DNA of 64,000 nucleotides from contig JAKASF010000001.1 of the NCBI GenBank assembly GCA_021828295.1, positions 2,702 to 66,701 of the forward strand, in the 5' to 3' direction. Shown here in pieces: positions 25,616 through 35,196 of this stretch; within the stretch, counting starts at the first letter, position 1, and the number at the start of each line of letters is the position of its first letter. The notes below the pieces were generated by a model that was given only the letters and a program-made list of their open reading frames with translations, made no database searches and was not told the origin of the DNA. The position numbers and the translations under genes were made by a program. This DNA comes from Candidatus Micrarchaeota archaeon. GTDB taxonomy: Archaea > Micrarchaeota > Micrarchaeia > Micrarchaeales > CABMGC01.

Positions 25616-26161
25616 CTATCTGCCCTCCTTCAGCCTCCTTCTCGCCTTCTCCATTATGGCATACGCCTTCTTGTGCGTCCCCCCTTCGAGAAGCACCTCC
25701 AGCGCCGCCTTCGCTACCTTTATCTCGTCAACTGTGCCGATCATGCTCACGGTGTCGCCGTATACGGCAAGATCCGCACCGCTGACCGACTGTATGTACG
25801 TCTTCGTCTTCCCGTCAGTGCCTATGACCCTCGCCTTAATCCTCTTTATCTGTTCCTCATTCTTAAAAAGCTGTTTCATGTCTATGCTCTCGAAGAAGCG
25901 CTCGTCGCTGAGCAGCTTGCACGCGGTGTCGAAGTCGAAGCCCCGCGCAAACGCCTGCATCACCACCCTGGCGTTGTACTCCTCGAGGGCGTCGCCGTCT
26001 ATCACGAGCTCATTCTCGTCCTTGACCTCTATCCTGCAGCCCAGCCGCTTCCTCACGCTCGCGGCCAGCTCCTTTCCCTTCAGGAGCTCGGCTCTCTTGG
26101 TTGGTATTAGGATCTGATGCAAACAGACACCGAGTATGCGATAGGTGCTTTGTTGCAGCAT
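25616..26161 (-). CDS. KH-domain RNA-binding protein (aDim2/Pno1-like)
   Basis: ILIPTKRAELLKGKELAASVRKRLGCRIEV and VIGTDGKTKTYIQSVSGADLAVYGDTVSMIG are two KH-like modules. The stop lies 1 nt before the top6B ATG. I chose the ATG at 26161; the track's alternative is 26215. Confidence 0.65.
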   Translation of the reverse strand: MLQQSTYRILGVCLHQILIPTKRAELLKGKELAASVRKRLGCRIEVKDENELVIDGDALEEYNARVVMQAFARGFDFDTACKLLSDERFFESIDMKQLFKNEEQIKRIKARVIGTDGKTKTYIQSVSGADLAVYGDTVSMIGTVDEIKVAKAALEVLLEGGTHKKAYAIMEKARRRLKEGR

Positions 26162-26242
26162 CCTTATAAGCCTAAAAGGCGCAGGCGAGCCGCAAATCGC
26201 GTCTGTCGACGGCAAAAGGGGCGCATAGCCAAGACAGGCGCA

Positions 26243-26285
26243 TTAGCGGAAGTCCGGAAGCGCAGTATACTGCTTCTTCCGCTAA
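26243..26285. promoter_or_regulatory. 43-nt imperfect palindrome/hairpin in divergent intergenic region
   Basis: TTAGCGGAAG (26243-26252) is the perfect reverse complement of CTTCCGCTAA (26276-26285). The core contains the 12-nt perfect palindrome GCAGTATACTGC. Confidence 0.4.
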
Positions 26286-26380
26286 AGCGCAATGTTTAAA
26301 TATCTTAATCATCACACAGATATGATTGTTTCATGATTCTATCGTGAAAGGATCCGGGGACAGTCGCGGAGTGGGAGCGA

Positions 26381-26872
26381 ATGAATAGGAAAAAGATGGA
26401 AACGGAGCTGCAGGAGCTCAAGAAGCAGGTAAGCGAGCTGCTGCAGAAGAACAACACCGAGATCCCCGCGAACCTCAGCGCCGAGGGCTGGTACAAGTAC
26501 CTTGGCGAGCAGCGAGAGAAGACAAACATGATGCTTTCAACACTTGTAGAGCGAATGAGGGCACTGGAGAGCAACGTCGCCGAGATGGCGATGACCGAGC
26601 CACAGGAGAGCTACGAGACGCCAAGAGAGGAGCAGCAGGTGGAGCTCTCGCCAGCAGACGTTAGGATACTCAACTTCATCCAGACAAGGCCGCAGATGAT
26701 GGCCTGCGCAGAGGACGTTAGGAAGTACATGGGATACAGAGGCAACAACGCCGCGTGCGCCAGGATGAACAGGCTCAGGCTGATGGGCCTGCTTGAGACA
26801 CACAGGCTCGGCCATCGTGTGTATTATGCTGGCAAGGCGACCATGAAACTTATTGTATCACCTCCACAGTAG
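26381..26872 (+). CDS. Coiled-coil + C-terminal winged-helix protein, putative regulator
   Basis: 163 aa. N-terminal heptad-like METELQELKKQVSELLQK. C-terminal LSPADVRILNFIQTRPQMMACAEDVRKYMGYRGNNAACARMNRLRLMGLLE is wHTH-like. Confidence 0.5.
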   Translation: MNRKKMETELQELKKQVSELLQKNNTEIPANLSAEGWYKYLGEQREKTNMMLSTLVERMRALESNVAEMAMTEPQESYETPREEQQVELSPADVRILNFIQTRPQMMACAEDVRKYMGYRGNNAACARMNRLRLMGLLETHRLGHRVYYAGKATMKLIVSPPQ

Positions 26873-26984
26873 GAAAATGTGGGCCTGCGTCTTCCCCCAA
26901 GGGCAGGCCCCTAACATTTCCTGTTGGCAGCGGTTTGCCAGGCTGCCATAAAATGTTAAATAGCTGAGCCACTGCAATAGAAGC

Positions 26985-27968
26985 ATGAGGAACGTAGCGG
27001 TGCTCTCGCACATAGCGGACATAGATGGGGTGGGAGCAGCGGCTCTGGTGCGCATGCGGTATCGAATACCGCTAAACCAGATCTTCCTCATCAGCCACGA
27101 TAGGGACGAGGTGCTCAAGGCCGCACAGGGCCTGCGCAGGCTGGGCGGCAAAGGGCTGCTCGTTTTCATAACCGACCTAAATCCCAGCGCAGACACCATG
27201 GATGTGTATGAGTCTATGGTAAAGGAGATCAAGGGCCGCGGAGGCAGCGTTGTCTGGCTCGACCACCATGTCTGGAGCAAAGAGGCTATAAGGAGAATAC
27301 CCGGCGCGTGTGGCGTCGCCATCTTCGGCGAGAACAGGGAGATGTGCGCAACGCAGATCGTCCACAGGTTCTTGGAGCTCGATTCGCGGTTTGCCAACGA
27401 GTTCGCTGACAACGTGCACTACATCGACCTCTTCTTGCCCACGAAAAACAAAAAGTACAAGAGAAGGGCCGAGGAGTACAAACTCGGCATAGACTACTAC
27501 CTGATGCGCGGCACCCACGAATCGCAGCAGAACAAGCTCAGGCGCCTGGCCGGGGCCATATCGTCTGGCAGGTTCACCGACCCAGACCTGCATCGCGCTG
27601 CCCTGAAATTCAAAGCATTGAACAGCAAGAGAATAGCCCTGCTTCTCCGCAACCTCGTCTACCTGTCTCCCCAGATCGTGCTCGCGTTCTCGAAGCAGGT
27701 GGACTCAACCGACGCCTGCCATGAGATGCTCGAGAAGACGGAAGCAGACATCTCCATTCTCATAAAGACCGACACCGGCCACTGCAGCATAAGGAGCAGG
27801 AAAGCAGACACCGTGCCCCTAGCGCGCACACTGGGTGGCGGGGGGCATCCGCACGCGTCGGGGTTCAGCGTAGACGTAAGGCGCTACAATTCCTTCAAAA
27901 CTGCAAATGGCAGGGAAAAATTCCTAGGTGCAGTTAAACTGAAGGCAGACAAGCTAGGACTTCTATGA
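26985..27968 (+). CDS. DHH/DHHA1-family phosphoesterase (NrnA/RecJ-like)
   Basis: Motifs SHIADIDGVGAA (DxD), VFITDLNP, WLDHHVW (DHH) and GGGHPHASGF (DHHA1). A TATA-like ATGTTAAATAG lies at 26953-26963. Confidence 0.8.
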   Translation: MRNVAVLSHIADIDGVGAAALVRMRYRIPLNQIFLISHDRDEVLKAAQGLRRLGGKGLLVFITDLNPSADTMDVYESMVKEIKGRGGSVVWLDHHVWSKEAIRRIPGACGVAIFGENREMCATQIVHRFLELDSRFANEFADNVHYIDLFLPTKNKKYKRRAEEYKLGIDYYLMRGTHESQQNKLRRLAGAISSGRFTDPDLHRAALKFKALNSKRIALLLRNLVYLSPQIVLAFSKQVDSTDACHEMLEKTEADISILIKTDTGHCSIRSRKADTVPLARTLGGGGHPHASGFSVDVRRYNSFKTANGREKFLGAVKLKADKLGLL

Positions 27969-28475
27969 AACCGGCTCGGTTTCCTGACCAAGCGCCTCAA
28001 GTTCGTACCCAAAGCCCCATCTCCTTGCCAGATCGTCCGCTTCAGCTTCTCTTTTTTGAGAGTCTTCAGGCCCTGAGTGTTCGTTCAGCCACACGTGTGC
28101 AAGCTCGTGCGCCATCACGGCCTTTGCGGCTTCTTCGGAAAGCTGAGAAAGCAGGTCAGTGTATACGCGTATCACCTGGATTCCTCTAGGGAAGTTCTCC
28201 CCTTCCTGCTCGGTCCTCCTGGCGCGTTTCAGGTGGGTTATCGCAACCGTCTCAGCGGTCTCTCCATCTTCGCGCTCATCTGAGAAATCGAATCTCCGCA
28301 ACGAACCGAAATCATAGCCCGTCGGTATTCTGGATATGACCTCAGCAAGCATGTCATACGTGCGTTCGTCAACGCCTCCAGCCTTCACATGCCCGAAGGT
28401 AAGCACGCCCCCGCGGAAATCAGGTTTGAGAATAGGCTGCCCTGTGCTCTCCCCGATTTGGAACGTGGTCGCCAT
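27963..28475 (-). CDS. Putative zinc metallopeptidase (HExxH)
   Basis: 170 aa. AVMAHELAHVWLNEH is the only recognisable motif. Confidence 0.5.
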   Translation of the reverse strand: MATTFQIGESTGQPILKPDFRGGVLTFGHVKAGGVDERTYDMLAEVISRIPTGYDFGSLRRFDFSDEREDGETAETVAITHLKRARRTEQEGENFPRGIQVIRVYTDLLSQLSEEAAKAVMAHELAHVWLNEHSGPEDSQKREAEADDLARRWGFGYELEALGQETEPVS

Positions 28476-28536
28476 AAATCTACAAATCAGTGGTTAATGA
28501 TGCGGATTTTATAACCATTCCGTACAGATTCGACAG

Positions 28537-29745
28537 CTAGACGTTAACCGTGCCGTAGCCAGCCAGCCTCCATCTCTGGCTGAAGTTGCGCAGCACCGAG
28601 ACCTTCGCCGCCTTGTCTATGCAGGCTGCATGCCTGAGCTCGATGCTCAGCGAGTTCTTCTTCGCGCTCTTCACGTAGCCGACGTTGGTGCCCGTGCCTA
28701 TCCCCAGCAGCAGCGGCTCCTCCACCTTGAACGCCTGCTTTGGCAGGTCGTCGCGGTTCAGCGACTCGTACTTCATGTCGAGCGAGTAAGTTACCTCAGG
28801 GAGCTTGCCCACGCTGCCGACCATCTGCCCCACTAGGGTGTCCGCCTTGGTCGTCGCGGGATCGAGATCCGTTCCTATGGCTATCAGGCCTCCGGCTATT
28901 GCCTCGTCGAGCCTGTCCTTGTCGGCCGAGAGGCTCTCCACCTTCGCGATTATCGGCTCGTACGTCTCCTTCTTCTGCTTGTCCTTCGAGGTGACGATGC
29001 CCGGCCTTATCTCTATCTCGTCGCCCACCTTGAACTTTCCCCTTATTATCGATCCGCCAACCACGCCTCCCTTTATGTCCTTTATCTTGGTGCCCGGCCT
29101 GTTCACGTCGAACGATCTTGCAATGTACATCGCTGGGTCCGAGGCGATGTCGCGCTGCGGCAGAGGCAGGTTGGCCAGCTCAGAGAGGACCACGTCTACG
29201 TTGACGTTCCTGTTCGGCATAACTGGTATGATCTTAGCGTTGGCTATGCTGCTGCCCTTGATGAAGTTCTTTATCTGCTCGTAGTTCTTTATCGAGCGCT
29301 CCCTGCCGACTATGTCTATCTTGGTCTGCACTATCACCGCGTTCTTTATTCCCAGGGCGTTGATCAGCATGAGGTGCTCCTTTGTCTGCGGCATCGGCAC
29401 CGGCTCCGTGGCCGCGATGACGAAGAGCGCCGCGTCTATTATGTTCGACCCAGCAATCGCTGTGGCCATGAGCGTCTCGTGGCCAGGCGCGTCGAGCATC
29501 GAGAGCCTTCGCACCGGCTTCGCGTCCTTCCCGTCCTTGCACTTCAGCTCCGTGGTGTACTCATCGCCGCACATCCTTATCGTAGCATCCGAATAGCCGA
29601 GCTTTATCGTCATGCTCCTCTTTATGCTCTCGCTGTGGACATCGGTCCAGTTGTGCGTTATCGCGTATGTGAGCGTCGTCTTGCCGTGGTCGACGTGGCC
29701 CAGAGTTCCTATATTGAGCTGGCTCTGCTTGAAACTATCCTCCAT
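28537..29745 (-). CDS. eif2g: Translation initiation factor aIF2 gamma subunit
   Basis: G1 GHVDHGKTTL, DAPGH, QTKID. 402 aa. The zinc-knuckle region has only two Cys (RMCGDEYTTELKCKDG). Confidence 0.9.
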   Translation of the reverse strand: MEDSFKQSQLNIGTLGHVDHGKTTLTYAITHNWTDVHSESIKRSMTIKLGYSDATIRMCGDEYTTELKCKDGKDAKPVRRLSMLDAPGHETLMATAIAGSNIIDAALFVIAATEPVPMPQTKEHLMLINALGIKNAVIVQTKIDIVGRERSIKNYEQIKNFIKGSSIANAKIIPVMPNRNVNVDVVLSELANLPLPQRDIASDPAMYIARSFDVNRPGTKIKDIKGGVVGGSIIRGKFKVGDEIEIRPGIVTSKDKQKKETYEPIIAKVESLSADKDRLDEAIAGGLIAIGTDLDPATTKADTLVGQMVGSVGKLPEVTYSLDMKYESLNRDDLPKQAFKVEEPLLLGIGTGTNVGYVKSAKKNSLSIELRHAACIDKAAKVSVLRNFSQRWRLAGYGTVNV

Positions 29746-29785
29746 AAACCTAATAGTAAGGGAAGGGAAATATTATAAGACGGAG

Positions 29786-30202
29786 TCACTTCGCTTCGGG
29801 GGCCTGCTCCTTCGCCTCTGCCTTCTCCTTCTTCGGGAACAGCTCATCGAGGCTCTTGCTGCCGTATTCTGCTATCGCGGTGTTCACCTGGCCCGTGTCT
29901 GCGCTGATCGTGTTGCCGCGCACCAGCCTCCTTCTTCTGATTCCGCCCCCGGTTTTGGTTATGCCTGGCCCCCCGCCGATTAGCGCCCTGGCCTTCCTGC
30001 TCCCGTCTATCTCCTTCCTGCTCGGCGACCCCATGTTGTCGCTCAGCCCGGTTATCTGCAGCTTGAAGCCGTCGAGGCCCACGATGGTTCCCTCTATAGT
30101 CTCGCCTATCTTCTTTCCCAGCAGCGCGCTCTCGCTCTCCTTCGGCACCTCCATCTGCGCCGTTCTCCCGCTCTTCTTGTCAGAAAAAACAATCTTCATC
30201 AT
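29786..30202 (-). CDS. rps6e: 30S ribosomal protein S6e
   Basis: KIVFSDKKSGRTAQMEV...LGKKIGETIEGTIVGLDGFKLQITGLSDNMGSPSRKEIDGSRKARAL... is the S6e pattern. Confidence 0.85.
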   Translation of the reverse strand: MMKIVFSDKKSGRTAQMEVPKESESALLGKKIGETIEGTIVGLDGFKLQITGLSDNMGSPSRKEIDGSRKARALIGGGPGITKTGGGIRRRRLVRGNTISADTGQVNTAIAEYGSKSLDELFPKKEKAEAKEQAPEAK

Positions 30203-30204
30203 AA

Positions 30205-32502
30205 CTACCTATACATGCTCTCCGGCTCTTCCTTGAACCTCCTTATGCGCTCGGCCACCTCCTTCGGCACGGCCGGCTTTATCTCCTGCAGCGCCTTCAT
30301 GAAGTCCTCCTTCCTCACTATGAGGAGCTCGGCGTAGAGCTTGTTCACCTGCTCTTCCATCTCCTTGAGCTTCGACTGCCTCTGCTTCTCTTCCATCGAG
30401 GTGTCGTTTCGTATCCTCTCTATCTCCTTCTCAAGGTCGTTCCTTATCTTGACTATCTGCGGCTCTGCGCGCCTTATCGCGTTCATTCCCGCTTCCCTCA
30501 CGACGTTCTCTATCTCGGCCCCTGTATAGTCTTCGGTTATCTTGGAGAGCTCCATCAGGTCCACGTCCTTGTCTATCGGCATGCGCTTGGTGTGAACCTT
30601 GAAGACCTCGAGCCTCTCGACCTCGTTGGGCATGAGTATCTCTATTATCCTGTCGAACCTGCCCGGACGCAGCAGCGCCGGGTCTATGTTCTCGGGCCTG
30701 TTCGTCGTGCCTATGACCACGACGTTCTTGAGGTCCTGCAGCCCGTCCATCTCTATGAGCAGCGTATCAACTATCCTGTCAGATACGGAGCCGCTCGTGT
30801 CCATCTCCCCGGACCCTCGCGTCCTGCCTATCGAGTCTATCTCGTCTATCAGCACGATGCATGGGGCCGCCATCCTGGCCTTCCTGAACAGCTCCCTTAC
30901 GGTCTTCTCGCTCTCCCCGACGAACTTGTTCTGTATTTCAGGTCCCTTTATCGTTATGATGTTGGCCTCGCTCTCGTTGGCAACGGCCTTTGCGATCAGC
31001 GTCTTGCCCGTTCCCGGAGGCCCGACCAGCAGTATTCCCTTTATCGCCCTTATTCCCACCGACTCGAACGCGTGCGCGTCCTTCAGCGGCAGCTCCACCG
31101 CTTCCTTGATCTCCGCCTTCACCTTCTCCAAGCCCCCTATGTCGTTCCAGTGGACGTTGGGCCTCTCGACGAAGACCTCCCTCAGCGCGCTGGGCCTTAT
31201 GCTCTTGAACGCGTCCATGAAGTTGTCGCTGGTGACGTTCAGGCGCTGGAGTATGTCGTCAGGTATCCTCTTCTTGTCTGCTATCCTGGGCCAGAAGTCA
31301 CGGAGGGAGGCCATCGCGGCCTCCTTCGCCAGCGCGCTCAGGTCCGCGCCCGTGTATCCGTGAGTTATCTCGGCAAGCCTGTCCAGGCTCACATCCTTGA
31401 GCGGCATGTTCCTCGTGTGTATCTGGAGTATCTCCTTCCTAGCTGTCCTGTCCGGTATGCCTATCTCTATCTCCCTGTCGAATCTCCCGGGCCTCCTCAG
31501 CGCCTGGTCTATCGCATCCGGCCTGTTGGTCGCGGCAAGGACGATCACCTGGGTTCTTGCCTGCATCCCGTCAAGAAGCGTGAGCAGCTGCGAGACCATC
31601 CTGCGTTCCACCTCGTTGGTCGCCTCCTCCCTCTTAGGGGCGATGGCGTCTATCTCGTCCATGAATATTATGCTAGGGGCCTTCTCGTTGGCCTCCTTGA
31701 ATATCTCCCTGAGCTTCTCCTCGCTCTCGCCCACGAACTTGCTCACAAGCTCGGGTCCCGATATTGAGATGAAGTGCGCGTCGCTCTCATTGGCAACTGC
31801 CTTGGCCAGCAGCGTCTTGCCTGTTCCCGGCGCGCCGTAGAGGAGCACTCCCTTCGGGGGCTCTATGCCCAGCCTCTCGAATACTTCGGGATAGCGTATC
31901 GGGTATTCTACCATCTCCCTTATCTTCTGTATCTCGCCCTTCAATCCGCCTATGTCCTCATAATGAACATCAGCAATCCTTACCTCAGATTCAGATACCG
32001 GCTCCTCCTTTACAGTAAGCTGCGTCTCTTTCGTTATCTTCACCACCCCGTGTGGTGAGACCTGCACGACTATGAAGTTGAAGACGAGCCCGAACATCGG
32101 TATAGGTATCGAGTCTCCCTTGACCAGAGGCCTGTTCTCAAGCCTGCGCTTCGCGTACTCGGCGAAATCCGGGGAGAGCGGCGGTCTCTGGTTGGCCGGC
32201 GGTGCTATGGTTACCTTCTCCGCCTCCTTCACCTCTGCCTTCGAGACGAAGACCTTGTCCCCTATTCCAACTCCGATGTTCTGCCTCAGATAACCGTCTA
32301 TGCGTATGAAACCGAGACCCTCGTCGCTCGGATGCGCCTGCCAAACTATAGCGGCCGTGGACTTGTTCTTGCCCTTTATCTCTACGGCCTCTCCCGAGAC
32401 CACGCCGAGCGCCTTCTGCGACTTGGAGTCGAGCCTAGCGATTCCTCTGCCCGAATCAGTAATCAGCGCATCGCTGACCGTGAGCTCTATGCCGTTAGAC
32501 AT
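30205..32502 (-). CDS. cdc48: Cdc48/VCP-type AAA+ ATPase (two AAA domains)
   Basis: 765 aa. N-domain [19 protein letters not shown]. Two Walker A motifs, [15 protein letters not shown] and [15 protein letters not shown]. Walker [10 protein letters not shown] / IVLIDEIDS. Confidence 0.95.
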   Translation of the reverse strand: MSNGIELTVSDALITDSGRGIARLDSKSQKALGVVSGEAVEIKGKNKSTAAIVWQAHPSDEGLGFIRIDGYLRQNIGVGIGDKVFVSKAEVKEAEKVTIAPPANQRPPLSPDFAEYAKRRLENRPLVKGDSIPIPMFGLVFNFIVVQVSPHGVVKITKETQLTVKEEPVSESEVRIADVHYEDIGGLKGEIQKIREMVEYPIRYPEVFERLGIEPPKGVLLYGAPGTGKTLLAKAVANESDAHFISISGPELVSKFVGESEEKLREIFKEANEKAPSIIFMDEIDAIAPKREEATNEVERRMVSQLLTLLDGMQARTQVIVLAATNRPDAIDQALRRPGRFDREIEIGIPDRTARKEILQIHTRNMPLKDVSLDRLAEITHGYTGADLSALAKEAAMASLRDFWPRIADKKRIPDDILQRLNVTSDNFMDAFKSIRPSALREVFVERPNVHWNDIGGLEKVKAEIKEAVELPLKDAHAFESVGIRAIKGILLVGPPGTGKTLIAKAVANESEANIITIKGPEIQNKFVGESEKTVRELFRKARMAAPCIVLIDEIDSIGRTRGSGEMDTSGSVSDRIVDTLLIEMDGLQDLKNVVVIGTTNRPENIDPALLRPGRFDRIIEILMPNEVERLEVFKVHTKRMPIDKDVDLMELSKITEDYTGAEIENVVREAGMNAIRRAEPQIVKIRNDLEKEIERIRNDTSMEEKQRQSKLKEMEEQVNKLYAELLIVRKEDFMKALQEIKPAVPKEVAERIRRFKEEPESMYR

Positions 32503-32567
32503 GGGGTACCCCCTTTAGCATAGATTATGCCTGTGAAAGTTAATAAAACCTTTGCGGTTTGTCGGGA

Positions 32568-33305
32568 CTAGAAGGCAACGGCCCGGTAAAACTGGGACAG
32601 CAGTAGGGCTATTATCAGGATAAGCACAAGGCCCGGAAGCAGGGCAAGGAGAGGCACGACGAGCGTGAGCAGCACGAAGATAACAGCTATCACGGCGGCG
32701 AAGACGCCCCTGTTCCACCTGTATACCTTGCTGCCGTCGAGCGGGAAGATGGGCAGCATGTTGAAGAACGCTAGGTAGATGCTGATGAACACTATGAAGC
32801 TGAGCGCTATCTGGAGGTAGGAGAAGGAGGAGAGCGAGGCGCCGAAGAGTATCCTGGTGACCCCGGACCCGAAGCCCGGGAAGAGCGCGCTTCCGAGAGC
32901 GAAGAACACGGCGAACACGGCGAAGTTGGTCAGAGGCCCTGCGAGCGATACATATGCCTCTTCCTTCCTTGTGAAGTGCGGCGCGTAGATCATCGTGGCG
33001 CCTGGAAGGCCGACCAGGAAGCCGAACAGGCTGGTCGCGAGCGTGATGAGTATGCCGCTGTCAGATTTTCTGAACGCTGCCATCGCCCCGAAGCGCTGCG
33101 CCACGAACTTGTGCATCAGCTCGTGCAGCACGAACGAGAGCGAGACCGCGACGAACGAGATGGGCAGTAGGTAAAGGAACGCGATGGAGGAGAGCCCGAA
33201 GATGCCTCCGGAGAGCACGAGCGCGAAGCCTATGGTTAGCGCCGCATCTGCTACCAGTATGTCCTCGACCTCCCTGCTCAGGCTAAAGCCGCCGGTGATT
33301 CTCAT
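32568..33305 (-). CDS. Site-2 protease / peptidase M50 family membrane metalloprotease
   Basis: HELMHKFVAQRFG (HExxH) and FNMLPIFPLDGSKV (NxxPxxPLDG). Polytopic. Confidence 0.85.
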   Translation of the reverse strand: MRITGGFSLSREVEDILVADAALTIGFALVLSGGIFGLSSIAFLYLLPISFVAVSLSFVLHELMHKFVAQRFGAMAAFRKSDSGILITLATSLFGFLVGLPGATMIYAPHFTRKEEAYVSLAGPLTNFAVFAVFFALGSALFPGFGSGVTRILFGASLSSFSYLQIALSFIVFISIYLAFFNMLPIFPLDGSKVYRWNRGVFAAVIAVIFVLLTLVVPLLALLPGLVLILIIALLLSQFYRAVAF

Positions 33306-33365
33306 GCGAAGGATACTAGTGGGGCAAACAATCTTATTAAGTGCTGGTGAATAATGAGGTTGTGC

Positions 33366-33438
33366 AGCTCCATCGTCTAGTGGTCAAGGACAGCAGGCTC
33401 TGGACCTGCAGACCCCAGTCCGAATCTGGGTGGAGCTA
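33366..33438 (+). tRNA. tRNA-Gln (anticodon CTG)
   Basis: Hand-folded, 73 nt. The acceptor stem AGCTCCA/TGGAGCT is perfect. Anticodon arm GCAGG-CTCTGGA-CCTGC. T arm CCCAG-TCCGAAT-CTGGG, where the T loop has C at position 55 instead of the canonical U. Confidence 0.8.
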
Positions 33439-33499
33439 CTCTCCGGATCTGTTCCCCGAACATTCGGCTTAACATGCCTGTGTCGCTTCCTCCATCCGA

Positions 33500-34492
33500 C
33501 TATGGCGTCCTTTTCTGCAGAACGTAGCCCTGTATGGCCACTATAGTTTTCATGTCCGCTATCTCTCCCGAAGCGATCATCTCAATTGCCTTTTCAGGAG
33601 TTACCCGTTCGAACTGCTTGAGTATGGTCTCGTGCCCCTCCAGCGATTGGCTGCCCTCCTCCTCAACGTCGGCGTAGAACACATACATCTTCTCCGAGGC
33701 CCTTCCCGGAGTCGAATAGCCGCTGGCGATCTTCTTCATGTTGCGTATCTTCAGTCCGCCCTCCTGTGCGGCCTCCTTCACGGCGTTCTCCTCGGGCTTC
33801 TCGTACTCCCCGGTCTTTGTCTTGTCTATCTTGCCCGCGATCGCCTCAAGGAGCCACTCCCCATTGCCATCGTTGGCCGGCGTCCTGTGCTGGCGTATGA
33901 GCAGTATGTTGCCATTTGCATCTATAGGCAGCACCACAGCCGCGTTGCCGAAATCCACATACGATCTATTGAACTCCCTTCCCGTTGAGTCCTTCCACAC
34001 CTGCTCGTGGTAGGTGAAGATTCCGCGTTTGTCAAGCTGATGGGGTGTGTCGCTTATCCTTTTCGGCGTGTTCTCCCTCTCGCTCTCCCTGACCACGTCT
34101 TCAGGTTTCAGCATCTCTCTGAAGGCGTTTTCGGTCTGTTTCAGAGTGCCAGCCGTCTGCTCCTTGCGCTGCTCTGCCTGCTGCGCCGCCTTGACCGGTG
34201 CAGACGCCGTCCCTGCCTCAACGGCCTTTCCCTTGAGCTTCCGGCTCTTCTTGGCAACCACGTCGTGGAAAGCCTTGACGATAGAATAGAGGCGCTCCCT
34301 GTCAACCGCGCCCAGGTCCATCGCGTTGGCGGCCTTGGCAAGCCTGAAGAACTCTTGGGCTTTGTCGTTTATGCTTTCGAGGTCCCCTGCGCTTGCTCCG
34401 GGGTTGCCTATGTGCTTTGCCAACTGATCAGCGTAGCCGCTTATAGAAGCGATCAGTTCTTGTTTACGTCCCCCAGCAGTCTCGGCTCCCAT
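33500..34492 (-). CDS. Nudix hydrolase (ADP-ribose pyrophosphatase-like) with about 150-aa N-terminal extension
   Basis: The C-terminal half, AVVLPIDANGNILLIRQHR...GKIDKTKTGEYEKPEENAVKEAAQEGGL, is a degenerate Nudix box. The N-terminal region is helical and low-complexity. Confidence 0.65.
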   Translation of the reverse strand: MGAETAGGRKQELIASISGYADQLAKHIGNPGASAGDLESINDKAQEFFRLAKAANAMDLGAVDRERLYSIVKAFHDVVAKKSRKLKGKAVEAGTASAPVKAAQQAEQRKEQTAGTLKQTENAFREMLKPEDVVRESERENTPKRISDTPHQLDKRGIFTYHEQVWKDSTGREFNRSYVDFGNAAVVLPIDANGNILLIRQHRTPANDGNGEWLLEAIAGKIDKTKTGEYEKPEENAVKEAAQEGGLKIRNMKKIASGYSTPGRASEKMYVFYADVEEEGSQSLEGHETILKQFERVTPEKAIEMIASGEIADMKTIVAIQGYVLQKRTP

Positions 34493-34771
34493 CTCAACCT
34501 ATTATTATTCTCAATTTGCCTCTTAATAAATGTACGCAGAACATCAGTACCTGTCAGATGGAACAGCAGAAGAGGATCAAGATCAATGCCATCTCGCCTG
34601 TGGTGCTGTTAGAGCGCGCGCCTGGGCCGCCTCGTTCGGATACAACGCCGATGTCAACGCCAGCATGTACACAGGAGAGCGCCTCTATTACGTTCCGTAA
34701 CAGGCATGACGAACCAGTCTCCAGCTATACATACTTTTTTATGCTTGCATTTGAAGAACTCACTCGGGAGC

Positions 34772-35194
34772 ATGCCAGCCGAACCTAGCGACCACGTCAT
34801 AGTCTGCGGATACGGGCTCGTGGGGGAGAAGGTGGTCGACATACTTACGCAGCACGGCATCGATGTAGTGGTCATCGACGTGAATAAGGCGAAGGTAGAC
34901 GCGCTCACAGAGAGGGGCGTGCGCGCCGTGCTCGGCGACGCCACGTCATCGAGGGTGCTGAGGTCCGCGGGCGTGGAGAGGGCCAGGGCGATAGCGGTGG
35001 CGATGGACGACGACGCCAAGAACCTCTTCACGGTCATAACGGCGCGCAGCCTCAACGAGAAGATAGTCATAGCCACAAGGGCCAACGACGAGCTGCTGAA
35101 GGACAAGCTCAAGGAGGCAGGGGCTAAGTTTGTCGCCACGCCCAACAAATCAGCAAGCGACGAGCTCTTCAGGGAGCTGACGAAGGGTGCCTAG
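34772..35194 (+). CDS. Stand-alone RCK/TrkA-N NAD-binding domain protein
   Basis: HVIVCGYGLVGEKVVDILTQHGIDVVVIDVN...VLGDATSSRVLRSAGVERARAIAVAM. I prefer the ATG at 34772 over the track's 34706, because the A/T-rich TTTTTTAT at 34735-34742 lies inside the longer ORF. Confidence 0.8.
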   Translation: MPAEPSDHVIVCGYGLVGEKVVDILTQHGIDVVVIDVNKAKVDALTERGVRAVLGDATSSRVLRSAGVERARAIAVAMDDDAKNLFTVITARSLNEKIVIATRANDELLKDKLKEAGAKFVATPNKSASDELFRELTKGA

Positions 35195-35196
35195 GG

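Noticed and set aside
28476-28536. Possible C/D-box sRNA (AATGATGC) in the spacer between the metallopeptidase gene and aIF2-gamma
   Set aside because: The C-box match is imperfect (UGAUGC). There is no correctly placed D box (CUGA) on the same strand and no terminal stem. The A/T-rich part is more simply a TATA element for the minus-strand gene.
30592-31767. 391-aa plus-strand ORF (and 30599-31363, 31397-31840)
   Set aside because: They are antisense to the unambiguous Cdc48 AAA+ ATPase.
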